Shown: one piece after another, positions 1-12,800 of the stretch | Numbering within the stretch: position 1 is the stretch's first letter | Layout: every line of letters starts with the position of its first letter | Assembly (NCBI RefSeq): GCF_964204645.1 | Contig: NC_134031.1 | Location: 14,557,807-14,621,806, forward strand | Origin: Tubulanus polymorphus | Lineage: Eukaryota; Animalia; Nemertea | DNA length: 64,000 nt | Direction of reading: 5' to 3' | Notes under the pieces: generated by a model | Database searches by the model: none | What the model was told of the DNA's origin: nothing | Seen by the model: only the letters and a program-made list of their open reading frames with translations | Made by a program: the position numbers and the translations under genes

Positions 1-131
1 ATGTAGTCATCTTCTGGAATATAGTATTCCTGAAGACATAAATTAGAATCAAGTCGAAAAAGTTTTTTTCTTAAGTCGGATTTCATGCCATCATTACAAA
101 ACGGACTGTCTTATAATGAGGAAAACATCGG

Positions 132-175
132 TATTTCTGAAGACGACTATTAGAATAAAGTCGAAACGTTGAATA
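132..175 (+). ncRNA. Minimal type-I hammerhead ribozyme motif, family 1 copy A (Penelope/retrozyme type)
   Basis: TATTT-CTGAAGA-C-GACT(attagaataa)AGTC-GAAA-CGTT-GAATA: stem I UAUUU/GAAUA, full core, stem II GACU/AGUC, palindromic ACGU stem III, GUU cleavage triplet. Confidence 0.75.
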
Positions 176-261
176 AACTACTAGCTCAAGGAAACATTTC
201 AGTTTTTTGAGTTGGAAGTCGAATATTATGCTATCATTATTTAAAACGAGGACAACATCGG

Positions 262-305
262 TATTCCTGAAGATGACTATAAGAATAAAGTTGAAACGTT
301 GAATA
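262..305 (+). ncRNA. Hammerhead ribozyme motif, family 1 copy B
   Basis: TATTC-CTGAAGA-T-GACT..AGTT-GAAA-CGTT-GAATA; perfect stem I, G-U closing pair in stem II; 130 bp after copy A. Confidence 0.7.
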
Positions 306-380
306 AACAACTAGCTCAAGGAAACATTTCAGTTTTTTGAGTTATTATGCTATCATTATTTAAAACGAGGACAACATCGG

Positions 381-424
381 TATTCCTGAAGATGACTATG
401 AGAATAAAGTTGAAACGTTGAATG
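381..424 (+). ncRNA. Hammerhead ribozyme motif, family 1 copy C
   Basis: TATTC-CTGAAGA-T-GACT..AGTT-GAAA-CGTT-GAATG; 119 bp after copy B. Confidence 0.68.
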
Positions 425-468
425 AACAACTAGCTCAAGGAAACATTTCAGTTGTTTGAGTGGGAAGT

Positions 469-640
469 TTTTTTCATTAAAAGTATACCCCCCTTTGGGG
501 TCCCTTTTTGTCCTTTTTCTTTACTACGCTTTACAGTGTAGAAGTACTTTCTGTAACTTTTCTTTTATGTAATAGTGATGACTGTATTTCTGTATTGTAT
601 CTCTTTAGTGAAGAAATAAACTTATTATATTATATATTAT
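469..640 (+). mobile_element. Probable 3' tail of a non-LTR retrotransposon inserted in the hammerhead array
   Basis: Interrupts the unit sequence ggaagt|cgaatattatg; ends with AATAAA (615-620) plus a TTA/TAT-rich tail; AGT on both sides. Confidence 0.5.
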
Positions 641-685
641 AGTTGAATATTATGCTATCATTAATGAAAACGAGGACAACATCGG

Positions 686-729
686 TATTTCTGAAGATGA
701 TTATAAGAATAAAGTTGAAACGTCGAATG
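686..729 (+). ncRNA. Hammerhead ribozyme motif, family 1 copy D
   Basis: TATTT-CTGAAGA-T-GATT..AGTT-GAAA-CGTC-GAATG; GUC triplet, weakened stem II. Confidence 0.6.
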
Positions 730-809
730 AACAACTAGCTCAAGGAAACACTTCTCGGACTCTTTTTATTCGTATCGTGGGATTCTATTTCATTTTCTAA
801 AACACTTAC

Positions 810-3800
810 TGAGTACTTTCAGTTTGACGCGACCCATCGCGGTTCCAGCGTTATTCTGAGCGATACAAATATAAGTGTCGCCGTCTTCGAGTTGCACGTT
901 CTGCACTTCTAACGAACCAGACGGAGCCACCGCGTAACGCGGAACCGAGTTTAGAACGATCGTTCCTTTCTGCCACGTGATTCTCGGTCGCGGTATCCCC
1001 GTCGTTTGACACGGCAGCGATATCGAGTCGTCGACGGTTACTTGCATTTCTAACGGGGTCGGCGATTGAATCTTCGGCGGAACTTAAAACACAAATCGAT
1101 AAATGAAATGGTGAATGATAATTCAGGATTTCGTTCCGCACGGTGGCGCCACTTTCTGCCAATTTACAAATTCCCTGAGTTTTCCACATGATTACAAAAA
1201 AGTGAATCAGAGAAATTTTATAGGTTTAAAATGTTACAATTCGTTCATTGTTCATCAAATCACGTATTGATAAAGAAACACGCCGTCAATAGCACTATCC
1301 AAATTCCCAGAGTTTTCCAGGTTTTTTGCAAAATTTGTTAAATTCCCTGAGTTTCCCCTGATCTATGCGAGAATTTTCAGGTCACCCTGTTTCGTAATGA
1401 GGTTTTATCGCAAGAAACAACGACTTTCAAAGCTTCATCATTCTTATATAGCCAGGCCCTTAATTACTAAATGTCAATTTAATTTTTGGAACTTTTGATC
1501 TGTTTTAGGGCCCGCAGGGTGGCCACTTATATTTTGATTTGCTTTTTCCCTGATTATTCTCCGACACGCACTTTGTTTCCCCCCCCCGAGTTGATCTGCT
1601 AAGAATCCAATCGATTAAAACACAGTCAAATACCTAAGACATAGATGGAAATTGTTTGATTTTATGCACAATCTAACAATCACAACGTATTTCCCTGATT
1701 TTAAGCTATTTTACAAAATTCCCTGACTTTTTCAGAACGAAAGAAATTTTCCTGATTTCAAGGTAAGTGGCCACCACCCTGGCTCAGTATTTCTATATTG
1801 CTACGTATTCCACAAACACTCACTCTGTACGTCAAGTCTGATATTACGACTGACTTCACCAGCCTCATTCTGAGCTGTACACTGATACATCGCCGTGTCG
1901 TCCAATCGAACGGAAGAGAATTCCAACGATCCCGAACCGAGCATCCGGTGTCGCGGTCCTTGAGTCGCGAACGGCTCTCCGTCTTTCTCCCAACGGACGT
2001 CCGGATCCGGGATTCCGATCGCGTCGCATAGCAACAGCGTTCGAGAGTTGATCGTAGCTTGCACGAGGGTCGGGCCGTCCTCTTCGATACTGGGAGGTAC
2101 TACAAAGGTCAAGGTCATTGTTAATCATTCGTATCGCTTTTTAGAATTTTTAAATTTTCGATGATTCATCGGTTAACCCTTTCAGTGCTGGCTTATTAAT
2201 ACCCTATAGTGCTGAAGATAATTTGAAAATTCTGAAAAATTCCACCCTAGTGTGTTGAATAACGGGAATACCACTATAGTGTGTCTACACTGCGGCGCGG
2301 TGTATCATTAGTTACTAATATTTCACTGTTTGACAGGTGCCATCTTTCAAGAGAGATAATTAGTAATTACTAATCAAATCAATACACCGCGGTGCGGTGT
2401 ACTAGCAAAATCCATCACCGATTCATACACCGCACTGCAGTGTAGACGCACTGAAAGGGTTAAGACTCACCTAATACTCCAACAATGAACTGTTTGCTGA
2501 CGTTACCAGCAGGATTCGAAGCTTGGCAACGATATCTACCGATATTCAATAAATGAGCTCCGACAATGTGTAACTGTTGACCACTGTTTATGAATCGTAA
2601 ATTCGGGCTGCTTAAAACGGACAGACGGTCGTCGGAGTGATACCACTGTATCGTCGGAGTCGGTATTCCCGACGCAGGACAGTCTAACACTAAATTGCGG
2701 TTCTGGATTACGGAAAATTCTTCCAGTTTCCCTGAGCCGTTGATTTTAGGCGGAACTGAAAAGGTAACGTTTAAAATCTGTGGATCTGAATCACTTCTTA
2801 CCTTCCATAAAACGCAGCTTCCCCGGCATACAGTTCAAGTCTTCCAAAGACAAATGTTTCATCCAGTTCCAGCGAGTAACAAGATCCCCCCTTCCCCGTA
2901 GCCAGGATCGTCAAACCCAGTCAAACTCCCCAATTATTTTAAGTCTCTCAATGACTGTTAAATTTCCCCCAGATTCAATGAGCAAAACCATCGACCTAGT
3001 TCAAGCTCACCCCTCCCCCGATCCAGTTCAGTACCCGCCACCATCCAGTACCAGTCTCTCAGTAGTTAAGAGTTGTACTTACCGAACACATCAAGTGAGA
3101 AGTATTTCTCTACCTCCCCGGCTGGATTATGAGCTCGACACGCGTACTGCGATCGGTCCTCTACGTGCGCCGATAAAACCTCCAGTACCTGACTATCCTG
3201 CGTTACCTGCATGTGCGGGTTACTGTCTAACAACAACGGAGCTCCGTCGCGGTACCACGTAACCAACGGTTTCGGAACGCCCGTTACTAAACATTTGATC
3301 TTGATAATGCGACCCCTGACGACCGAGATATCCTCTCTCTTGTTGCCTTCGATTAGAGTCGGAGGAACTGAAATCACGCAACAATTTAAAACCATTTGTT
3401 GTAGGGGAATCAATCAGTGAACAAAATGTTTTTAGAATTTAAAATATTCCATGAAATCACGCATTTGTATCCAACAACAGATTTCGGTGTTAAACTAAGC
3501 CCATATACAACTGTAGCCTGAACTGTAGCAGGCTACGAGTTAAAGGGTCCAATTTTACGAAGCTAATTACATTGAGTTTCGATGATTGAATATTCATTGA
3601 AAATAACGTCGTCGTTGAAGATTAATGGTAATTCTATTCCATGAAAACTGAACCGGATGAAAACAATAGTCGTTTGTTACTTTTTACTCTTGAAGCAAAT
3701 AAGAATTAGTTCAATAGTAAACAAAACGCCAAGGATCTGCGATTCTCAATTAGTTACCTTGTCGCTATATTGTGTATATAACTGTACGATAAATTAATTT

Positions 3801-6800
3801 TTGAAAATGGCTCATGGAATGGAGTGGAAACATCAGAATGTAACTAAGTTTTTCTTCTTACTGTGGGTTTTATCAACTACGATCTGCAATGTTCGCTTTG
3901 ACGTTTTGTTTACTATCGACACTCGAGACATTTTCATCACCGGATTAGAAATAGTTCATGTTCTAAGGTTTTAACCTTAGTCACATTTTACCGAGAAATA
4001 TAACACTGTGGACTTACTTAAAACTTCCAGTTTAAAGGAGCGTTCCACGTAACCGGCTACGTTAGTGGCCATACACGTATACAGGGCAGCTTCCGAGATC
4101 TGAGCGTTAGAAACGTGTAACTGACGACCGCTGTTTAATAATTTCAAATTCGCTGACGGGAGATCCTGCATCGGTATCTTATTCTTCAGCCATATAAACG
4201 AAGGCGGTGGGCTACTCGAGGCCGGGCATTCGATGTATATACTACGATTCTGTATAACCCTCGGGTTGAAATTTAGATTGCGGTCATCAATAGAGGGCGG
4301 CACTGTAAAAATAATAGAGATGTCGTTGATTGTATCCAAGAATAAGGACTCTAATAATTCAACGAAAAACTTGCACCAAATCTAACGAACTCAGACCAGG
4401 ACCCAGTTGCGTATAGGTGACTTGCATCCAAAAGTGGTCTTCCAATGACTGGTCTTAATTTGTGAGGCCGACCTATGCCCGGCTTTAGATTGGTTATAGA
4501 ACCAAACTGAGCTTAGACTGGTCTTAAGTTGTAAGATTGGTTAGAACCAAAGTGAGTTTAGACTGGTCTTAAGTTGTTAGATTGACTATAGAACCAGAAT
4601 GTGCTTAGACTGGTCTTAAGTTGTTAGATTGACAATAGAAACTTTAAGCCATGGTCTTAAAGTTGTTAGATTGACTATATAACCAGAATGAGCTTAGACT
4701 GGTCTTGACTCTTTGCCTGCCAGGCCTATTTTTCAGGAAATGCTGCGCTTTGCCACGATTTCCGTGTTTTTCAGAGATTCATAAAACTAAAACTAGAAGA
4801 GATATCTTCATCAAATTTGTTTTATTTTGTTTATCTGGTCTTGCTTTTTCATGTAAAATAAGCAGCATTTCTTCTAAAAATGATAAAATCTGTAGCAATC
4901 ACCTGTGCATAGGGGGTATTTTGCATAAAATATGCCCATTCATGCGTGTTCAGACCCCATTTCAATAGATGACGTCACTAACACATTGCATAGAAAGACT
5001 GATGATAGTTTGTTTTAGTAGTAAAAGCATTAAACTAACTGGTGTTGTGCGATGAATTCGCCATCTATCGTTACAGTTAAGAAACAAGTCAACCGTACCA
5101 GTGCGGTTGTGGCAGGCAAGTGATGGGAGATCTCGAACATACCAGTACATTTTTGACAGGCAATGAGTTAAGTTGTTTGATTGGTTATAAAACCAAACTC
5201 AGCTTAGACTGGTCTTAAGTAGTTAGATTGGTTATAGAACCAAACTGAGCTTAGACTGGTCTTAAGTTGTTAGATTGACAATAGAACTAAATTGAGCTTC
5301 GACTGGTCTTTAAGTTGTTAGATTGACTATAGAACCAGAATGAGCTGACTGGTCTTAAGTTGTTAGATTGGTTATAGAACCAAACTGAGCTTAGACTGGT
5401 CTTAAGTTGTTAGATTGACTATAGAACTAAAATTAGCTTAGACTGGTCTTAAGTTGTTAGATTGACTATAGAACCAGAATGAGCTGACTGGTCTTAAGTT
5501 GTTAGATTGGTTATAGAACCAAACTGAGCTTAGACTGGTCTTAAGTTGTTAGATTGACTATAGAACCAGAATGAGCTTAGACTGGTCTTAAGTAGTTAGA
5601 TTGGTTATAGAACCAAACTGAGCTTAGACTGGTCTTAAGTTGTTAGATTGGTTATAGAACTAAAATTAGCTTAGACTGATCACAAGTTGTTAGATTGACA
5701 GTAGAACTAGATTATGTGACTTTTGAAGTGAGCCTTCAACCTTCAGAGTTATTTTGAGATGAAGTTTATTGAGGTCAAGGTGAAACTTACCGAGCACTTC
5801 AAGGTCGAATGTACGGCTCAATTCACCGGCGTCGTTACTAGCGATGCACGTATATCGACCGCTGTCCGTTACTTTAGAATGCGCTATAGCGACCTGTTTA
5901 CCGACCACATCGATGACTAAACCGCCCTTAGACACGAGAGAGTAGCCATCTTTTAACCAGCGTACTTTAGGCGGAGGTACACCGGCGACCGGACACTCCA
6001 AGATCACCGTTCTGTTCATTATTACTCTCGGGTTGTCGACGATGTTCGCGTCATCGATTGTCGGAGGAACTGAAACGGTAAACAATACCCCAGGAACATA
6101 TGAACTCACAATAATGGAGACCGTTGGAGTTTGCAGAATTCTTACCGATGACTTGCATGTTGAAATCTAGTTTCACGTTTCCGGCTCGGTTACGAGCGAT
6201 ACACCGGTATTTCCCAGAATCCTCGATCATCGTGTTTAGAATCTCTAACTGACGACCTTGAGCCAGAGCGTTAAATCGAGGGTCGGACAATGTGATTGGA
6301 TCATCAGCCTACGGACAAATGGACAGATTGAATTGAGTTTAATCTATTTTTATATCATGTACGTAATGCAGAACGAGTTTGAAAATATCAAAAAACAATT
6401 AAAACAAAACATAAAATTTGAAAAAAAAAAGATTTAATTCATCAACTTGTTTCTGATTCAAATAAACTAAATATTCTCCAAAAACAAACTGAAGACACAA
6501 CAGTCAACCCTTAACACTTACCACAATTATTCCTTAATTCTAAGCAGCTTGTAATTCATAGAAACAGACAAAATGTACATAAAAATATGTATGGATAACA
6601 TATTTGAGAGCTATGCTCTTCTAAGTGGACTTCATTTTTATTGTTCTGAGTGTTGTGTTTGATGTCCTAGAATCATAGGTCTGATGTCTGGGAGGAGGGA
6701 TATCTGGGGGAGAGGGGATTTCTTGTCCTAGAAACATAAGACTAATATCCAAGTAGAATTGACTTACCTTGTACCATGTGATATTAGGGAAGGGAATTCC

Positions 6801-9800
6801 CATTGCCGGACAGTTCAGGATCATTAAACGACCTTTAATGACCTTGGGAAATAAGTCTACATTGTTACCGTCCAAATATGGTGGAACTGAAAATTTCAAA
6901 TCGTGTAGAGTTAACCGTGAAAACTGTGACTTAAAGTAAGAATGAGTTCATTAAACTGCACCTAGTTCCACAGTTGTGGCTTAGAATTTATTGTCAGTTA
7001 AATTCATTGGCAAATTTCAAACTCAATAGTTCTAGTTGAACCCAGAACTGTAGAACTGGATCCTGTGTGAGATGTAAGAATTCAAAAATAAATCAATGAA
7101 TTGTATTCAATCAAAGTTGATGTTGAAATAATCTTAGGAATTCATCGTACCTAAGACATCTAAATCGAAGTCTAAGTCACTTGTACCGGCTTTGTTTGTA
7201 GCGATACACGTGTACCGGGCGCTGTCCGTCGTACGGGCTTTAAATATCTCTAACTGCGTCCCTTCGCCGTGGATACGCACGTGCTGCCCGGATTCTAGCG
7301 GGATTCCGTTCCGTAACCATTGGATTTGCGGTTCGGGAGTTCCCTTTATGGGACAATACAGAACGATGGAATCATTAGCGTTGACATCAGGAGTTCGATT
7401 CAGGTATGTGTCATCAACGTGAGGTGGAACTGAATGAAAATAACAGGAATATGATGACGATGACGATGACGATGAAATACTACCTATGTAGCGCCAATTT
7501 CACCGATTCACTGTTTAAAGGGGCTTTTAAGTATCAATGGTAGATCACAATATCCGTGATAAAACGATACGAGTAAAATCTCACAATAAAAGAATTAGAT
7601 GATAAAATGTTTATTAAAATATATAAGAAATATTTCGGGTGGTTACTACCACCCTTCTTCAGTCTAAAAATGACTTTTTAGTGACTTTTTATTGTGGGAT
7701 TTTACTCGGGCTTTTAAGTAATCCGGTGAACAGGAGGAGTCTTTTTTCTTAATCAGTTTCATGACAGATATTTAGTGGGGCGTCCAAAAGTGTGAGCAAG
7801 AAATTTGAAAGACAGTGCTTGTGCTAACAAACTCTTGAGCTACTGTGGCTCATGGTAGTTTAAGTAAGATTGATACAAACCTAGGACAGACAGTCGGTAA
7901 TCCTGTTCAGCAGATCCTGCCTCATTGACAGCTCGACACGTATACCTGCCCGTATCTCTAACGGCAACGCGTTTGAATTGCAGTTCCTGTCCGTTCTTTT
8001 GTAAAGCTATATTCGGCCTACTAACATCAAGAGGACGACCCTCCTTATACCAGGTGATGTCCGGAGCAGGAATCCCTGTCGCTGGGCACTTGATAACGAT
8101 CGACCGATTGACGACCACCTCGATATCGACGAGACTGATCTGATACGAATTGATTTTCGGCGGAACTGAAAACACAGATCAAAACAATCATTGTTCCCGC
8201 GGTAACACAAATTCAAAATTCCTTAATTTTTTTTCCAAATATTTCAAATATATGTATTTCAGATAACCCAAATGCAGATACTGTCATACTACAGGGACGC
8301 AAACATTTTAGTGGTAACTGGTTGATTAAGGTGGCTTTCCTCTGGCAAATGCTACATGAAGTGTAAAATGAATTTCCAGAATAGAAGAAAATCATATCAT
8401 ATCAATATTTCCAAACAGGGAAATATCATCATGAAATTTCCAAGTTTGCCGCAATTTCCCGGTAATGTAGGAACCATGAACGGGTCAACCTAAACTCTCG
8501 CATAAAGATTCTTCCCACATGTATAATGCCCCTAGTTTATATCACATCAGTATTCCTGAAGATGACTATGGGTATAGTTGAAACATTGAAAAAACTACTG
8601 GCTCATGGAAACATATTGGACTCCTTATATTCTGTGTGCAGGGATTTTATATCATCTTTACCACGCGAACTCAGAGTGTTTCATCCATGGTTAAAATAAG
8701 GACAACATCAGTATTCCCGAAGATGACTATTAGGATTAAGTCGAAACGTTGAATAAACTACACCAGCTCTAGGAAACATTTCAGGCTTTTACTTAGTGCA
8801 GGATTTTATTGTTTCTCCCTTGAAAGCAGCTCCAACCCTGCACCCCTCACGAATAAACACGGTACATACCCATAACGTTGAGACTGAAATCGAGGCTGTC
8901 GTCTCCGGCCGTGTTCGATACTTTACAGGTGTATAAACCGGAATTCTCAATACGAGCGTTGATCACTCTCAACTGTCGACCTCCAGCGAGCAGACGCAGA
9001 TTCTCATTACCCTCAACTTCGAGAACTTTATGATTTCTGTGCCACGTGATCGTCGGAGGCGGTACTCCGACGGCGGGGCAACTGATTATCGTAGATCGAC
9101 CAATCACAACCGACGGATTTGTATTTGTACTTCCGACATCAATTTCAGGCGGCACTAAAGACAGGATCAGGATATGGCAATTTCAGACGGGTTTTAAATT
9201 CAGGTAACTTCCAGGGCCAAATTTCACAAAAATGATTTAGGCCTAAATGGATTTAAGATAAACTGAACTAACGAAGAAATTAAACCGATTTAAGAGTTAA
9301 ACCTTTTTGTATAACTGGACCCTGGGCAATAGATACAATAACTTAGCTCTGGACCCAGTTCTACAGTTCTGAATCCACTTCCACAGCCCAGAACCCAGTT
9401 CCACAGTTGGACCTGGGTTCAGAACTGTGTTAACGCTGTAGAACTTGGCTCAGAATACTGGAACTGGGTTAAGACTGCGAAACTGGGTCCAGAACAGTGG
9501 AACTGGGTTCAAAACTGTGGAATTCATTGGTTTTTATTTTGAATTACAAAAACACAAATGTTGGAAAAGTTGACATGGTTTCCTCAAACCCTTATTTCGG
9601 GTGTTCAGTAGGAAACTAAACAGGGATTGAGGTTTAAAACTTACCAAGCACACTAAGATCAAAGTATTTTTTTGATCTTCCAGCGACGTTCTGAGCTTCA
9701 CAGGAATACCTCGCCGAGTCGGTCGGAGCCGTGAATCTAATTTTTAATCGATGCCCATGGTCGATTATTAATATTTTCGACGTATTTTTTGTGATCAATT

Positions 9801-12800
9801 CATCCCCTTTGAACCACTCGACGAGCGGTTTCGGTTTCCCGGCAACTGAGCAGTCGAAAATTATAGTGTTGTTTTCGACCACAGAAGGTGTCGTAACTCC
9901 GCTTTCATCTCCGGTGATTTTTGGAGGAACTGAAAGACATTTCAAAATAAATTTTGTGCAAAAGTAAAACGTTAAGTTTTTGAAAAATGTTTTGTCTCAC
10001 TTTTTACTCAATTTGAAATGTAATTTTTTAATCTTTTCTTGAACGACATTTTGAGGCTTTTCAAATCTTGTTTTTATACTTATTTCAACAATTTTCTCTA
10101 AAACTTAATAGTTTTCTAAGAAAGATTCTAGATTTAAAAAAACTTTTTTACTTTATTTCATACATTTTCTTTGATTCTTTGATGATTGAATGAAAGATCC
10201 TTGAAAACTCCAATTTGTTTTCATACCTTGAACTTCTAAAGTGTAATTTCTGGAAGTTTTCCCAGCAGCATTTACAGCCTCACAGATATACAGACCGGTA
10301 TCGTTCACCTTAGCGATCGACAACTCCAGACGTCTGCCTCGCGCGAACATACGAACGTTCGGACTCTTAGGATCGATTTTAGTGCCATCTTTATACCAGG
10401 TTATTTTCGGATCAGGATGGCCGCTGACTCGACAGTCGATGATTAGAGGTCTGTTGACGGTTACTCGGAGATTGTTGTTAGAGGAAGCGTCTGCATCAAT
10501 CTCCGGTGGTTCTGCATCAAATAAAAGAAAATGACGTTCATCAAAATATTTCAAGATTTGAATGGTAGTGTAATAGATCCCGAGCCCCAGGAATTACACA
10601 GTTCAAGATCCAGTAAGTGACCCTGGGGAACTATTTCAATGATCCACTGGTTAAATTGCAACTTCAGCAATTTGGCTGCGGGTCAAGTTGGTCAAAAGTT
10701 GGTCCGAAGTTAACCATCAGATATACCAGTTTTTGTCAGTGTCGGTTATCAACGGGTTAACTTTAACTAACCTTTGAGCAGTTGGACCCAGCACCCGAAC
10801 GGCTATATCCTAAACGGATTTTTAGAGTTAAACTTTATGAAATGATGCCCGAGGCTGCACTTGCTCAAAAGTTGGTTTAACTGAGGGATAAATACCAAAG
10901 TAACAGTGAACTTTTACTTGTCACTATGTCACCTATCCACTGGTTAATTCAAACTAACTTTTGAGCAAGTGCAGCCCCTAATCATTAAATTAGATGTTGA
11001 AGGCCAAAATATGAAAAGTTTATAAACTATAAATAATGATTACGAACCGTGGACGTCTAAATCGAAGTTTTTCTCGGTTTCACCCGCTATATTTCTAGCG
11101 ATACACGTGTAGCGCCCTCTAGCGCGACGACTAGCGTTGAATATTTCCAGTTCTCGACCCTCGTCGAATATCTTCGCGTTTTTCTCTGACAGGAAGTTCA
11201 TCGGGCGGCCATTTTTATACCAAGTGATCTGCGGCGGGGGAATCGCGTAAACCGGACACGTCAGAATCGTGCTGTGTTTTATTATGACGTTCGGATTCAA
11301 CGGAATTCTCGGATCTTTTCCTTTTTCGACGTCTTTTAATTTCGGGGGAACTACGAAAATAAAACGGCGCGAAATTTACGATCTCCGTTCAGTTGAAATA
11401 TACGTCACATGGAAATAACTTCTGTTCGATGACAATATGTATCTTACAGAAATAACCAAATACGTATATCACAGAAATAACAATCTATTCAATGAAAATT
11501 CATATCTCACAGAAATTACAGTTTTCATAAACTGATAAAATGCTTACCGTAAACTTTAAATTCAACAATGCGCGACTTGTTGCCGGCGGCGTTAACCGCC
11601 AGACATTTATAGATTCCAGCGTCCTTCGCCTCCGGCACGAGAAACTCGAGCGTTCCGTCGGTGTGGATGGCGATTTCGGGTTCGGCCCCGGTTAAAACTT
11701 CTCCGTCTTTATACCAGAGTATGTCTGGTTTGGGGGTACCTTTCGCCGGGCAGGCCAATGTGGCGCGTTGTTTCTCTACTGTACTAGTGCTGTTCGACAA
11801 ACCACGCGGCAAATATGGCACAACTACAACAATAAACACCACGCAGATTGATTCATAGATTGATAGATTGATTGATTGATTGATCGTCTGATTGATCAAC
11901 TGATTGATTGATTTTTAATATTTTCAACTCTTTTCAACTTTGTCTCACACAGTTTGACAGCTAATGTCTATTTATTAATTGATGAGACCTGTTTTTCTTG
12001 GATATTTTGCTTACTTTTTGGGGTACATACCTCATTTATGTCTTAACAGAATGCCAAAAATCGCGGACAACAACTGAATATCCGATATATTTCCAGTTCT
12101 GTACCAATTAGATGGATTGGCAAAAAGACTCCTTAAGTCCAGTTGAATGAGAGAGAAAATCCTCCATTTTGTCAAATTTCTTGGATTTGAACATTGTTAC
12201 CATGCCTACGCCACCCTGATTTAGTTGTTGAGACCCCACAAGAAAAATAACTTCATTTCGTAGGCATGGTGACAATGTAAAAATTCAAGAAATTTCACAA
12301 AATGGAGGATTTTCTCTCTCATTCAACTGGACTTAAGGAGTCTTTTTGCCAATCCATCTAATTGGTACAGAACTGGAAATATATCGGATATTCAGTTGTT
12401 GTCCGCGATTTTTGGCATTCTGTTAAGACATAAATGAGGTATGTACCCCAAAAAGTAAGCAAAATATCCAAGAAAAACAGGTCTCATCAATTAATAAATA
12501 GACATTAGTCATCCATTGTGGGATGTGTAATTTGCCAACTTTTTGAAATAACCCCATACGTTTTAGAAATAATTGGGAAATGTTTTCGATAACTGACCAG
12601 GGGCTCCAGTTGCTCAAAATTTGGTTAGAGTTAACTGGCAGACAACACCAAGGATACAATGCAATATCAATGGTCACTATGATATTCATTCACCAGAATC
12701 CAGTTCCACAGTCCCAAGTAAAGATTTGACTATTGAGGTAAAACGTGAAAATAAACTAATTTCAACTCAGAGTTAACTCTTTACTCACAACTGTGGAACT

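Larger units (their letters stand above)
4..790 (+). mobile_element. Tandem array of hammerhead-bearing Penelope pseudo-LTR/retrozyme-like monomers
   Basis: 119-130 bp unit (aaaacgaggacaacatcggtattcctgaagatgac...gaaacgttgaataaac.actagctcaaggaaacatttc) four times, plus a degenerate copy at 25-60 and an inverted partial copy at 4-21. Same family at 8545-8810, 29505-29640, 47005-47100 and 52921-53100. Confidence 0.75.

Noticed and set aside
4480-5710. CRISPR-like regular repeats
   Set aside because: Contiguous tandem units with no unique spacers, eukaryotic context, no cas genes.
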